Part shown: piece by piece, positions 11,840-21,698 of the stretch
Numbering within the stretch: the stretch's first letter is position 1
Layout: every line of letters begins with the position of its first letter
Assembly: GCA_943787795.1 (NCBI GenBank)
Contig: CALSNU010000001.1
Location: 128,001 to 192,000 of the forward strand
DNA: 64,000 nucleotides
Reading direction: 5' to 3'
Source of the DNA: an uncultured bacterium
GTDB taxonomy: Bacteria > Planctomycetota > UBA1135 > GCA-002686595
The notes under the pieces: generated by a model
The model's database searches: none
What the model was told of the DNA's origin: nothing
Seen by the model: the letters and a program-made list of their open reading frames with translations, nothing else
Made by a program: the position numbers and the translations under genes

Positions 11840-14740
11840 ATGTTCATCGCACCCATCGTCGCCTTCTCCGCGCTCGCGATCTCCCAGAGCGAGGCCCCCG
11901 AGGAGCTGGTCCTTCAGGCGCACGCGCCCATTCAGCTCGGCGATGACCCCGCCAACCAGTGGACAGAGCCCTTCTTCCCAGGCGCGACCTACGACGCCTC
12001 GGTGGCCCGTCCAGAGGACTTCCTGGGGCAACCTGTGGGGAGCCGACTGGCGAGCCATGACGAGATGCTGCGCATCCTCGGCGCCATCGCGGCGTCCAGC
12101 GACCGCGTGACCATGGAGCGGTACGGCCAGACCTACGAGGGGCGCCCCCTGGTGACGCTCGTGATCACGTCACCGCGCAATCACGCGCGCATGGATCAGA
12201 TCCGGGCCACCGCGCGCGCTCTCTGGGATCCGCAGGAGGCCGGTGACACGCTCGACTCCAGGCTCGCGGATCAGCCAGCGGTAGCTTGGATGGGGTACGG
12301 CATCCATGGCGACGAGACCTCGGCCTCGGAGGCGTCGCTCCCCGTCGCCTATCACCTCGCGGCCTGCACAGGCGAGGAGGTCGCCGCGATACTGGAGGAG
12401 ACGGTCGTGGTCCTCGATCCCTGCCTGAATCCCGACGGGCGGGAGCGGATCCGCTCCATGGTCCTGCAGACAACGGGCTATCGGGCGAACCTGGACGACG
12501 GAGCAATGCAGCGCGGCCGATGGCCGAACGGGCGGGGTAACCACTACCTGTTCGACATGAACCGGGACTGGATGGCGGGGGAGACGCCGGAGACGCGCGC
12601 CCGCTGGGCGCGACTCCTTGATCTGCCGCCCCAGCTCTTCGTGGACGCGCACGAGATGAGCGGGCTCGACACCTTTCTCTTCTATCCCCAGAGCGCGCCG
12701 CGGAACGCCCACCTGCCCGAGCGGCTCCTCCACTGGCAGGGCGTCCTGGCCGACGACGCAGCCCTGGTCTTTGACGGCTACGGGTGGGGTTACTACACGC
12801 GTGAGTGGGCCGACGCCCTCTATCCGGGCTACTCGGACTCCTGGGGCAGCCTCACCGGCGCGATCGGCATGCTCTACGAGCAGGGCCGGACCATCGGCGC
12901 GCCCCTCCAGCGTGAGTCCGGCGAGATTGTCTCCTACCGCGAGACCGTGCACGGCCAGGTGGCCGCGAGCCTCGCGAACCTCAAGACCTTCGCGGCCAAC
13001 CGCGAGGAGATCCTGCGCGACTACGTCGACCACCGGAGGGCCGCCTGTGAGCCCGTCACCGAGCCGGGCAAGGGGGCCTATCTCGTGGTTCCATCGGCGG
13101 ACGTCGAGGTGGACGCGCGGCTGCTCCGCGCCCTGCTCTCCCAGGGGATCGAGGTCTCCGAGGCGTCGGCGGAGTTCGAGGCGACGGAGGTCACCGGCCC
13201 GCTCGGCGACCCCGAGCCCAGCCGGTCCTTCCCTGCCGGCACCTGGATCGTCCCGGCGGCTCAGCCGCAGGGTGCGATGATGAGGGCCTACCTCGAGTTT
13301 GACCCCCGCCTCGACGCTGAGTTCCTCCAGAAGGAGCGTGAGTCCATCGAGCGGGGCAAGGGCTCCAAGATCTATGACGTGACGGCGTGGTGCCTCGGTC
13401 GGCAGCTGGGCGTCGAGGGGTACTGGGCCTCGATGCCCACCGTGGAGCGGGCTCCCGCGGGGCCCCTGCGGGCCGCAGCAGGTCCGGTGGAGGACCTGGC
13501 CGGCGCCTACGCCTGGGTCGTGGACGGCGACGATCGCCGCTCGCTCCGTTTCGCCGCCAGGGCCATGGAGCTGGGCCTCCAGATCCACGTCTCGGACCGC
13601 GAATTCGAAGCGCGGGTGCGCGGCGCGGACGGCGCGGTGGAGCGGCGCCCCATGGCCCGCGGCTCGCTCTTGCTACGGCGCCACGAGAACCCCGAAGGCG
13701 TGGACGAGCTCGTCCTTCAGGCCGCGAACGGGTCGACAGCGGTCGTGTACGCGGTGGTCAGCGGCCGTGCCGTCGAGGACGGCCCAGACCTTGGCGGCGG
13801 CCACTTCTCGCTACTGGAGCGGCCGCGGGTGGCCTTGCTGTCGAACTCGCCGGTCTCGACCACGGACTTCGGGCATGTCTGGCGCTACCTCGATGAGGAC
13901 CTGGGCATGCCGGTCACGCTCGTGGACGCACAGCGTCCAGGGAGCGTCGATCTCGACAAGTACAGCGTCTTCATCCTGCCGCCGGGAGCGGGCGGCTTTG
14001 CTCGGGAACGCGCCGAGGACCTCGAGCGTTGGACCCGCGCTGGGGGGAACCTGATCGCGATCGGGAGCTCGGCGACGGCGCTGGCGGATCCAGACCTCGG
14101 CCTGTCGGAGAACCGGCTTCGCCGCGATGTCCTGGAAGGTCTGGAGGAGTACGCCTGGCGGACGGAGCGAGAGCGCAAGTCCATGCGCGTTGAGGTGGAC
14201 GTTGAGGAGCTCTATGGCTCGCCGCAGGAACCGGACGGGTGGGCTCCGATCGTCCGCGTGGACGTCGGTCGGCCAGAGGGTGAGCCTGCGCCCGAGCCCA
14301 AGCCCGAGCAGGGCGAGGCAGAGGGATCAGCGCAGGGCGAGGCAGAGGAAGACGCCTCCAACCCCGAAGCGCTGGATCGCTGGCGCCGGAGCTTCTCCCC
14401 CGCAGGCGTCATCCTCCGCGCCGAGGTGAACCCCGAGTCCTGGCTGACAGCCGGGGTGAGCGGGGAGGAGATGGCGGTGCTCTTCTCCGGGCCCAGCGTG
14501 CTCATGAGCTCCGTGCGCCCCGCGCTCCGCATGGCCCCCGAGAGCCGGCTGCGTATCGGTGGCTTGCTCTGGCCCGAGGCGCGAGCCCGCATCGCGGATA
14601 GTGCCTGGTTGACCTCTGAACGCCTCGGCGAGGGCAAGGTCATCAGCTTTGCGATTTCGCCGGTGTACCGGGGTTCCTGGCGGTCGACCGGCCGATTGCT
14701 GGGGAACGCCGTGGTGCTCGGAAAGGGCGCTGGGGGCTGA
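11840..14740 (+). CDS. Secreted M14-family zinc carboxypeptidase
   Basis: Signal peptide MFIAPIVAFSALA, YGQTYEGRPL, GIHGDE, NPDGRER, GRGNHYLFDMNRDW, DAHEM. Confidence 0.88.
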   Translation: MFIAPIVAFSALAISQSEAPEELVLQAHAPIQLGDDPANQWTEPFFPGATYDASVARPEDFLGQPVGSRLASHDEMLRILGAIAASSDRVTMERYGQTYEGRPLVTLVITSPRNHARMDQIRATARALWDPQEAGDTLDSRLADQPAVAWMGYGIHGDETSASEASLPVAYHLAACTGEEVAAILEETVVVLDPCLNPDGRERIRSMVLQTTGYRANLDDGAMQRGRWPNGRGNHYLFDMNRDWMAGETPETRARWARLLDLPPQLFVDAHEMSGLDTFLFYPQSAPRNAHLPERLLHWQGVLADDAALVFDGYGWGYYTREWADALYPGYSDSWGSLTGAIGMLYEQGRTIGAPLQRESGEIVSYRETVHGQVAASLANLKTFAANREEILRDYVDHRRAACEPVTEPGKGAYLVVPSADVEVDARLLRALLSQGIEVSEASAEFEATEVTGPLGDPEPSRSFPAGTWIVPAAQPQGAMMRAYLEFDPRLDAEFLQKERESIERGKGSKIYDVTAWCLGRQLGVEGYWASMPTVERAPAGPLRAAAGPVEDLAGAYAWVVDGDDRRSLRFAARAMELGLQIHVSDREFEARVRGADGAVERRPMARGSLLLRRHENPEGVDELVLQAANGSTAVVYAVVSGRAVEDGPDLGGGHFSLLERPRVALLSNSPVSTTDFGHVWRYLDEDLGMPVTLVDAQRPGSVDLDKYSVFILPPGAGGFARERAEDLERWTRAGGNLIAIGSSATALADPDLGLSENRLRRDVLEGLEEYAWRTERERKSMRVEVDVEELYGSPQEPDGWAPIVRVDVGRPEGEPAPEPKPEQGEAEGSAQGEAEEDASNPEALDRWRRSFSPAGVILRAEVNPESWLTAGVSGEEMAVLFSGPSVLMSSVRPALRMAPESRLRIGGLLWPEARARIADSAWLTSERLGEGKVISFAISPVYRGSWRSTGRLLGNAVVLGKGAGG

Positions 14741-15010
14741 CGTTCGGCCACGCGAGGGGTCGTGGCTGTTGGCCCGCCTTCGTCGACTCCGCGGAATCAG
14801 CGCCCCCTGTACTCGCTCCTGCGGGTGGGCGTCGGGCAGTACGGCGCCGTAAGGGCCCGTCGCTTCGTCCTGAGCCTCACTTGGCGCAAACGCCGCCCAA
14901 CGTGAGGCTCGCGTAACGGGGACGCCCAGCGGTCCGGTAACCGCGACGAGTCGCTTCAATTCGCCGCCGCCGGATCTCATACTCCAGAGGCGCTCCGCAC
15001 GCGTCGCCCC

Positions 15011-16594
15011 TTGCCTAACCCATCTCACGAGTCCCCCCAGGGGACGTTGGACCACCTCCTCAAGGTCTGCTTGAAGGACGCCGCCACGAGTCGAAAGACC
15101 CGTGAAGCCCTCCGGTCGCTGTGCGTCTACCTGTCGACAGAACTCGACGCGCTGGAAGGTGAGCAAGCGGCTCCGCACGGCGTCCTGACCCCGGCGGCCC
15201 GAGGAAAGGTCGCCGCCCCGGTGTCCGCGGAGGGCGGGGCGCTGACCGATGGGCTCGCGATGGTGTTGAAGCGGACGAGGTGGAAGGCGGCTGCCTGCCG
15301 CGTCTCCGTCGAGCGCCAGGCGCTGGGTCATCTGGAAGGAGGGGAGCGAGTCGCGGCAGCGGCGCTGCTCGCGCAGAGGGAGCGCGGCCTCCGTGAGTCC
15401 TTGGCGGGGCTCCGGGACACGATCCCCTGGATGCTCGATCAACCCTTCGGGGTCCGGGCGAATCAGGAGACGGCGTTCGATGTGCCGGACGAGGCGGCAG
15501 CCAAGCTCGCCGTCGTCGCGGACTGCTATGAGACGCTGGCGATGGCCGTGGAGAAGGCCGGAGAGCTCGAAGCAGCGGGGATCTTCCAAGAGGGACCTCC
15601 GCGCGCCTTCCTGTACCTCCTCGCAGAGGCCCAATCGGCGCTTCTCTCGTCGATCGCGGAGGCGCCCGTCCGGAGCGATACCGATCAGCGCGAAGTCTTC
15701 CTCTGGCTCAAGGAGCAGACAACCCGGTTCCGGATCTACGTCGACCGGCACATGCGGTTGGACGACCTCGCTGCCTGTGATCAATCCGCAGACCTTCGCA
15801 TGAGGATCTCGAAGCTCTCGGACGAGCTCGCGCGCGACCGCAAGGATCGACGTCAACGGGGCCAACTGCTGAACAAGGTCCGCTACCACGTGGACAAGCT
15901 CCTGAACGCAGGCGGCGCAACGCGTTCGGAGGCCGACTCGCTTCAGGTGGCGCTCAAGGGCTGGGTTGGGGCCGGCCTTGATCGGTCGGATCGCGCTTTG
16001 ACCGAGGCGCTCCAAGGGCTCCGCGAGAAGGTCAACGAGGTCGAGGACGACGTCGCCGAGGTCCTCCGGGGGATCCTGCGCCCCGGCCGGGTTCAGCCAC
16101 CGAGCGGCTCCAGCCCCGACGGATCGGACGGTCACGGCGGATCGGACGGTCACGGCGGCTCTGACGGTCACGCCAGCTCCGACGGTCACGAGAGGGCGGA
16201 TCGGCAGTCCCGGTCACTGGATGAGGTTCGAGAGCTGCTTCCGGGCATGCGGGTCGTCCTCTTGGCGCCGCCCACGAGTCCGGTCGACGCGGAAGCGCTC
16301 GCCGCGGAGCTCGGAGCGAAGCAGCTTGACGTGCTTAAGGTCGACGTGGACGGCCCCGGGAAGGAGCGGAGCGAGACCCTGAAGGGCGCACTCGCAGATG
16401 ACGGTTCGCGGCTCTTCCTGCTGGGGGTCCGTCTTGACGCCGAGGAGTACAACGGGTTCAAGGCAAGCTGCCTGGAGCAGAAGCTGGCGTTCGTGCGTCT
16501 TCCAGGACCGCTCAGCGCGACGGCGATCGCGCACCAGGTGATGCGGCAGGTCGGCTGGCGGCTGCGCTCCCAGCTGGAAGAGACCGCGAGCTAG
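15011..16594 (+). CDS. Hypothetical helical protein; C-terminus resembles DUF2325-like alpha/beta domains
   Basis: 527-aa ORF with coding-like composition (TTG start uncertain); the C-terminal CLEQKLAFVRLPG segment was recalled as similar to planctomycete DUF2325-type proteins (unverified). Confidence 0.7.
   Translation: MPNPSHESPQGTLDHLLKVCLKDAATSRKTREALRSLCVYLSTELDALEGEQAAPHGVLTPAARGKVAAPVSAEGGALTDGLAMVLKRTRWKAAACRVSVERQALGHLEGGERVAAAALLAQRERGLRESLAGLRDTIPWMLDQPFGVRANQETAFDVPDEAAAKLAVVADCYETLAMAVEKAGELEAAGIFQEGPPRAFLYLLAEAQSALLSSIAEAPVRSDTDQREVFLWLKEQTTRFRIYVDRHMRLDDLAACDQSADLRMRISKLSDELARDRKDRRQRGQLLNKVRYHVDKLLNAGGATRSEADSLQVALKGWVGAGLDRSDRALTEALQGLREKVNEVEDDVAEVLRGILRPGRVQPPSGSSPDGSDGHGGSDGHGGSDGHASSDGHERADRQSRSLDEVRELLPGMRVVLLAPPTSPVDAEALAAELGAKQLDVLKVDVDGPGKERSETLKGALADDGSRLFLLGVRLDAEEYNGFKASCLEQKLAFVRLPGPLSATAIAHQVMRQVGWRLRSQLEETAS
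16121..16192 (+). repeat. In-frame 18-bp repeat x4 encoding (G/S)SDGH(G/A/E)
   Basis: ggatcggacggtcacggc x2, ggctctgacggtcacgcc, agctccgacggtcacgag. Confidence 0.9.
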
Positions 16595-16637
16595 GGCTCT
16601 GCTTCTTCAAGAAGCCGGCGCTGGGTCTTCACGAAGC

Positions 16638-16681
16638 CCGATGCCGGTTCGCCAGGAAAGCCGATGCCGGTTCGCCAGGAA
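16638..16681. repeat. Direct repeat, 21 bp x2 with a 23-bp period
   Basis: ccgatgccggttcgccaggaa at 16638 and 16661. Confidence 0.9.
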
Positions 16682-17045
16682 GCAGGATGACGGAGTGAGG
16701 GACTCCCAGGCGGCGATCGATCGCGCGGCGATGGCCAGGGCCGCGGGGTCTCCCTGACCTCAGTTCCCTCCCTGCCCGGCCCCAGGCGTTCATACGGGAG
16801 TCAGGCTCTCTCTCGACGTCCGCGCCACCCTCCAAGGCGGGCCGGTCCACCCGAGGCGGCAGCGCAGCGTCGGTCGGCACGCTCCAGAAGCCGCATGGGC
16901 CGGGGGGGCGTTTCTGGGACTCCAGGTCGCCTGGTGGAGTGGATTTGAGACAGCGCCGGGCTTGTGGTGATTGGCACAGGAGTCGAAGCCCTGCCAGGGA
17001 CGATCCCTCCCGAGCGGCGCGGCACCATCGTGCGGTCGTTGAACG

Positions 17046-17630
17046 ATGGGTGTCCTGTCTCGAATCTCAACGGCCTTGTTGCTCTCGGGCAGCATCGCGC
17101 TGACGGCCTGCAGCACCCCGGGGGTGCGCGCGGTGAGAGATGTGGAACCTGGCTTCATCGGGTACGAGCTCCTCCCGTCGGGGCGCACCGACGCGCGGAC
17201 ATTCTCGGCCGAGGAGCTCAATGCGGTGGTGGAGAGCTCCTTCCAGGGCGTCCCTGTTCACCTCTTCTTGAGTGCGCATCGCGCCGAACATCAAGCCAGG
17301 CAAGTCCTGGCTCAGCACAGCACGGAGGAGCCCTCGGTTGCAGCCTGGGGGTCCCCCGGCGCAGGCCCGGGAAGCTGGCCGCTGGAGATCGACCTCGGGG
17401 TGGGAGAGTTCCCGCTGGATGACGGGATGCACCCCGTGAACTGCGGCCCCAGCGACAGCTCTGGTTTCTCCAGCAGCCTGGTGCGCCTCACGTGGAGGGA
17501 GCCCCTCGTGGGTGCCTTCGGGATTCACGGGTCAGCTGCGTTGGCGAGAACCCAGGAGGAGCCGCTCCTCGAGATGCTCGCCGCAGCTCGTCTGTCGTGG
17601 TTCACACTGGGGTTCCACACCTCATTTTGA
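17046..17630 (+). CDS. Hypothetical lipoprotein
   Basis: Signal peptide with lipobox LTAC; C-terminal FTLGFHTSF resembles an outer-membrane beta-signal. Confidence 0.55.
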   Translation: MGVLSRISTALLLSGSIALTACSTPGVRAVRDVEPGFIGYELLPSGRTDARTFSAEELNAVVESSFQGVPVHLFLSAHRAEHQARQVLAQHSTEEPSVAAWGSPGAGPGSWPLEIDLGVGEFPLDDGMHPVNCGPSDSSGFSSSLVRLTWREPLVGAFGIHGSAALARTQEEPLLEMLAAARLSWFTLGFHTSF

Positions 17631-17829
17631 GACCGCCATCCGCGCAGCGAGCGCGCAGGGCGTGGGGTGCCCTGGGAGGCGGATCGGTCCGTCAACGGAT
17701 GAGCCCAGGTTGCCATGGACTGTCGGGGAAATGCCCTAAGGACTCCAGCCCTCGAAGGGAGGGCGTCGATAGTTCTCAACGTCCGGGAGGCGCTTCGGCG
17801 CCAGTTCGCCCCTGATCCGTCTGCCCATC

Positions 17830-18585
17830 ATGTCTGATCCCACAACGTCACTCCGCGACCAGCTCCGAGAGTTGGAGCGATCGTTCATCGCCTTCGAGAA
17901 GGGCGAGCATGAGCGTCTATACGGGTCCAGAGATGCTCTGGTCGCGCTCTCCGAGTCGGTCCTGGCTGAGGGATGGGCACCGCTCTCCGACCTCTGTCAG
18001 CTCGCCAGCCGTCTGATCGGCGTGGTCCTCATGGAGCGCGGGCTGACTGAGGTCCGTGCGGTCGAGTTTGTCCGCGAGATCATGGAGTTCGTCGAGCGGC
18101 AAATCGCAGAGGAGAAGCGCTCGGCCGGCTCAGCCGAGCCTGGCGGCGTCTTCCACGTGGTCAACAGCCAGCGTATCGGGGACCACCTCATGGCCATGGG
18201 CCTGGTCACCAAGGCCGACCTCGACAAGGCGCTGGTGCTCCAGCGTGTGCGGAAGGGGCGTCGGGTTGGCGAGGTGCTGGTGGCCATGAACGTCATCGAT
18301 CGGAAGACGCTGGATCTGGTCCTGGACGAGCAGCGGAAGGAGACCCGGCTCGAGGAGTCGAGGCGCGTGCCGGAGAGGTCAGAGGCGCCTGCTCCGCGCC
18401 GGAAGATCGACTTCTTCGACCAGACGGCAGGAGACACCGTGATCCCGCCGCTGCCCTCTTCCGGAGAATTCACACCAGCGACCGAAGAGACCGTCAACCT
18501 CGATGCCCAGCGCGACTTCTGGGACCGAAAGCCGGTTGAGCGTCGCAGCGATCGAGACTGGGGCGGGGAACGTCGCTCCAAGTAG
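17830..18585 (+). CDS. MshEN (c-di-GMP-binding) domain protein
   Basis: Tandem motifs RIGDHLMAMGLVTKADLDKALVLQ and RVGEVLVAMNVIDRKTLDLVLDEQ match RLGxxLxxxGLxxxxxLxxxLxxQ. Confidence 0.8.
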   Translation: MSDPTTSLRDQLRELERSFIAFEKGEHERLYGSRDALVALSESVLAEGWAPLSDLCQLASRLIGVVLMERGLTEVRAVEFVREIMEFVERQIAEEKRSAGSAEPGGVFHVVNSQRIGDHLMAMGLVTKADLDKALVLQRVRKGRRVGEVLVAMNVIDRKTLDLVLDEQRKETRLEESRRVPERSEAPAPRRKIDFFDQTAGDTVIPPLPSSGEFTPATEETVNLDAQRDFWDRKPVERRSDRDWGGERRSK

Positions 18586-18624
18586 CGCGATTCCGGTCCG
18601 CAAACCCCAATCACTCCCCTGACC

Positions 18625-19377
18625 ATGCTCTGGCGATTGTTCAGCAAGTCAAAGGCGATCCCCGACCGATCCCAATACCGATCGGCGCCCTCCCGCGCCG
18701 ACGGGGTCGGGGTGCAGATCGCGCTGGGGAACGGGGTCCCGATTTCGGGTCGCTTGATCAACATGTCCGCGGGAGGAGCTGCCATCGACTTCGACGAGGG
18801 CGTGGAGGCTGACCTCGTGCTGGACGCCGTCAGGACGATCACCTTCTCTTCGCTCTCCTCGACGCCGCTGCGGATCTCCGCCGTCGTGCGCTCGCTCCCG
18901 TCCTCGGCCGAACCGAACCGATACGGCTTCCAGTTCGTGGACGAGGTTCAGGTCGACAAGGAGGAGCACGCGGGCTTCCTGCGCCTCTTCAACCGCCGCA
19001 GGGATCGCCGCGCCCGTCCGGGTCTGGATGAGCGGCTTGGAGGGCAGATCATCGTGAACGGGCTGTCGTACGACGTCCTCCTGCACGACATCTCCGTGGG
19101 TGGTGCGTGCATTCGAGTACCGCAGGACCTACACGTGTCGACCGGCGCCGAGTTTGAATTCCGGTTCTCGGTCCCCAAGACGAACCACCTGATCGTCTGT
19201 CTCGCCGAGGTGAGGAGCGTCCACACGGACGCGTCCGGTACCCGTCTGGGCCTGGCCACGGCCGTCGTGCCCGAGTCGGACTCCAAGCGGAACCTGGATC
19301 GTGCCCAGGCGGCCCTCGCCGACTACATCGAGCGGCGCGTGACCGAGATGGAGCGCTACAACAGCGCCTTCGAATAG
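18625..19377 (+). CDS. Tandem PilZ-domain protein
   Basis: QYRSAPSR...NMSAGG and NRRRDRR...DISVGG, matching RxxxR / (D/N)xSxGG. Confidence 0.88.
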   Translation: MLWRLFSKSKAIPDRSQYRSAPSRADGVGVQIALGNGVPISGRLINMSAGGAAIDFDEGVEADLVLDAVRTITFSSLSSTPLRISAVVRSLPSSAEPNRYGFQFVDEVQVDKEEHAGFLRLFNRRRDRRARPGLDERLGGQIIVNGLSYDVLLHDISVGGACIRVPQDLHVSTGAEFEFRFSVPKTNHLIVCLAEVRSVHTDASGTRLGLATAVVPESDSKRNLDRAQAALADYIERRVTEMERYNSAFE

Positions 19378-19423
19378 GGTCCAATAGCGACAGATCGTCC
19401 CGAGCGATCTGGAGGACCTGCTG

Positions 19424-20263
19424 GTGTTTGATCTCGACGGACTGGAGGTGAGCGGCGTCTCCGTGGGGGGGGTCGCGTCCTGCGTTGACCTGCCCGGCCT
19501 GAAGAGCTGCGTGGACCTCGGCGTCATCCTGGACCGCACCGTGGCGCGGGATGTGGTGCTGATCACGCACGCCCATGCGGATCACCTGGGCTCGCTCGTG
19601 CAGCACGTGGCCCAGCGAGGCCTCCGCGGGATGGCACCAGCCACCTACGTGGTGCCTCCGGGGATCGAGGGCGACGTGGAGGCCCTCCTGGAGATCTGGC
19701 GACGACTGGACGGTGGTGAGCTCGCGGCGACGATCCGGCCGCTCCCCCCCGGCAAAGCGCTCCAGCTCCGCCCAGACCTGCAGGTGCGCCCCTTCGCCAC
19801 TGCCCATCGAGTCCCGAGCCAGGGCTACCTCTTCGAGCGCGTGGGCAAGCGCCTCGCCGACGCGCTCTCGGGCGCCAGCCGCGCAGAGATCCGCGAGCGC
19901 CGCGAGGCCGGGGAGCCCGTCCACCAGACGGTGATCGATCCCGTCCTCGCGATCACGGGTGACACCTCGATCGCAGGTCTGAGCGATCACCCCGAGGTGA
20001 TGGCGGCCCCGCGCCTGGTGGTCGAGGCCACGTTTCTGGACGACCGGGTAACCCCTGCGCGAGCGGCAGAGTTCGGTCACATCCACCTGGACCAGCTCGC
20101 CGCGCTGGCCGACCAGCTCACCTGCGGGCACCTGCTGATCAACCACGTCTCGGCGCGGCACAGCCCCGCCGAGGCGCGCAAGCTCGTGGCCGAGCGTCTG
20201 CCCGCGGAGCTCGCGGCCCGCACGCAGGTCATGGTGTCCCGCATCCGCCCGAGCGCGGGGTGA
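19424..20263 (+). CDS. Metallo-beta-lactamase-fold hydrolase, RNase Z-like
   Basis: THAHADH, TAHRVPSQGY, ITGDT, VEATF, GHIHLD, NHVSARH. Confidence 0.85.
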   Translation: MFDLDGLEVSGVSVGGVASCVDLPGLKSCVDLGVILDRTVARDVVLITHAHADHLGSLVQHVAQRGLRGMAPATYVVPPGIEGDVEALLEIWRRLDGGELAATIRPLPPGKALQLRPDLQVRPFATAHRVPSQGYLFERVGKRLADALSGASRAEIRERREAGEPVHQTVIDPVLAITGDTSIAGLSDHPEVMAAPRLVVEATFLDDRVTPARAAEFGHIHLDQLAALADQLTCGHLLINHVSARHSPAEARKLVAERLPAELAARTQVMVSRIRPSAG

Positions 20264-20266
20264 TCC

Positions 20267-20881
20267 TCAGGGCTTCGGCCGGGTGGCCCAGTTGGGGCGC
20301 GGCGGAGCCTGGTAGGCCTCCATGGCGTCCAGGATCCCGTCGAGGGTCGGGTCCGCGACCAGCAGATCTCGGTGCTCGGGCCTGAGGAGGCCCTGGGTGA
20401 CGACGTGGTCGAGGTGGGCGAGGATGTGGTCGTAGAAGCCCTCGTGGTTGAGGACTCCCACGGGGTGGTCGTGGATGGCGAGCTGTAGCCACGTGAGGAC
20501 CTCGAAGAACTCCTCCAGGGTTCCGTGCCCGCCGGGCAGGACGAGGAAGCCGCTGGAGAGCTCCATCATGCGGGCCTTGCGCTCGTGGAGGGTGTCCACG
20601 ATCTCAAGGTGGGTCAGGCCCTCATGGGCGACCTCCATGGCCTGGAGGCCGTAGGGCAACACCCCGAGGACCTCACCGCCGGCGTCCAGGGCCGCGTCGG
20701 CGACCTTTCCCATCAGTCCACGGTTGGCGCCGCCGTACACCACCCCGTAGCCGCGCTCGACGAGGGTGCGCCCCACGCGGGAAGCCAGCTCGGCGTACTC
20801 GGGACTGGACCCCATGGATGAGGCGCAGAAGACACAGATGCGGCGCGGGGCGGGGGTACCGTCAGAGGGGCGGGTGCTCAT
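20267..20881 (-). CDS. LOG family protein (TIGR00730, nucleotide phosphoribohydrolase)
   Basis: ICVFCASS, VYGGANRGLMG, LHERKARM, LPGGHGTLEE. Confidence 0.93.
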   Translation of the reverse strand: MSTRPSDGTPAPRRICVFCASSMGSSPEYAELASRVGRTLVERGYGVVYGGANRGLMGKVADAALDAGGEVLGVLPYGLQAMEVAHEGLTHLEIVDTLHERKARMMELSSGFLVLPGGHGTLEEFFEVLTWLQLAIHDHPVGVLNHEGFYDHILAHLDHVVTQGLLRPEHRDLLVADPTLDGILDAMEAYQAPPRPNWATRPKP

Positions 20882-20947
20882 GGCCGTCAATCTAGCCGCC
20901 GGACAGCCGGGGCCCACCTCCCTCGGTTTCTTTCCGCCTGCTGGGGC

Positions 20948-20995
20948 CGAATTCAGACTCTGGGTTCGGATTCAGATGCCGGGTTCGAATTCAGA
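20948..20995. promoter_or_regulatory. Three direct repeats CG(A/G)ATTCAGA at 19-bp spacing between divergent genes
   Basis: Copies at 20948, 20967 and 20986; a regulatory role is inference. Confidence 0.5.
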
Positions 20996-21026
20996 TCGAC
21001 GGCAGCCCGCGTCGAAGAGATAGGTG

Positions 21027-21698
21027 ATGCCCTCACGCCTCTTCGTTCTCACCGGTTGCGCTCGCTCCGGCCTGCGCTTCACCTCGCAGTCCTTGACCGC
21101 CCTCGGTGCACCCTGTGGGCACGAGGACGTCCTGAACCTGGAGAGCTTCCAGCGCAGCGGCACCCTCTTCTGGCCGTCGCGGCTGGCGGGGGACGCTTCC
21201 TGGCTCGCCGCGCCGGTGCTGGGCAAGCTGCCCGAGCGCTCGGTGATCTTCCATCAGGTGCGGCATCCGCTGGCGACGGTGCAGGGGCTCTACGCCTCCG
21301 GCTTCTTCCAGAACTCCTCCGCCCGCCGCTCCTTCGTGCAGGACTTCCTGCCGGAGACGAGGCTCGGTGGTCCTCTCGTCAGGTGCATGCGCTTCTGGCT
21401 CGAGTGGAACCGCATGGTCGAGGGCGCTGCCGATTACGACGATCTGCTCTACCACCGCTTCCTCGCCGAGGAGTTCGAGGGGGATCGCGTCAGCGAGACG
21501 GTCGCGCTTCTCGGGCTCACCCGAGACCGCTCCACGGTCCAGCGGGTCCTTGCCTCGACCCCGGGGCACGGCCAGTCGCGTGACTTCAGTCGAGCCGACT
21601 GGGATCGCCTCCCGGCGGGCAACCTCCGGGACGAGATGATGGCCGCGGCCAGCCGCTACGGCTACGGCGAGTCGGTCAAGCTCGGCGTCGGCGCCTGA
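21027..21698 (+). CDS. Sulfotransferase-like P-loop protein
   Basis: LFVLTGCARSG (5'-PSB-like), HQVRHPL (3'-PB-like) and C-terminal AASRYGY. Confidence 0.7.
   Translation: MPSRLFVLTGCARSGLRFTSQSLTALGAPCGHEDVLNLESFQRSGTLFWPSRLAGDASWLAAPVLGKLPERSVIFHQVRHPLATVQGLYASGFFQNSSARRSFVQDFLPETRLGGPLVRCMRFWLEWNRMVEGAADYDDLLYHRFLAEEFEGDRVSETVALLGLTRDRSTVQRVLASTPGHGQSRDFSRADWDRLPAGNLRDEMMAAASRYGYGESVKLGVGA

Noticed and set aside
14883..14945. c-di-GMP-I (GEMM) riboswitch resemblance (GCAAAC...GGGACGC)
   Set aside because: It lacks the GNRA tetraloop/receptor and the GCAAAG junction; kept only as an unassigned structured-RNA candidate.
16660..16700. SRP RNA-like AGGAAGCAG
   Set aside because: The CAGG..GNRA..AGCAG helix-8 context and long flanking helix are missing; the sequence is part of a direct repeat.
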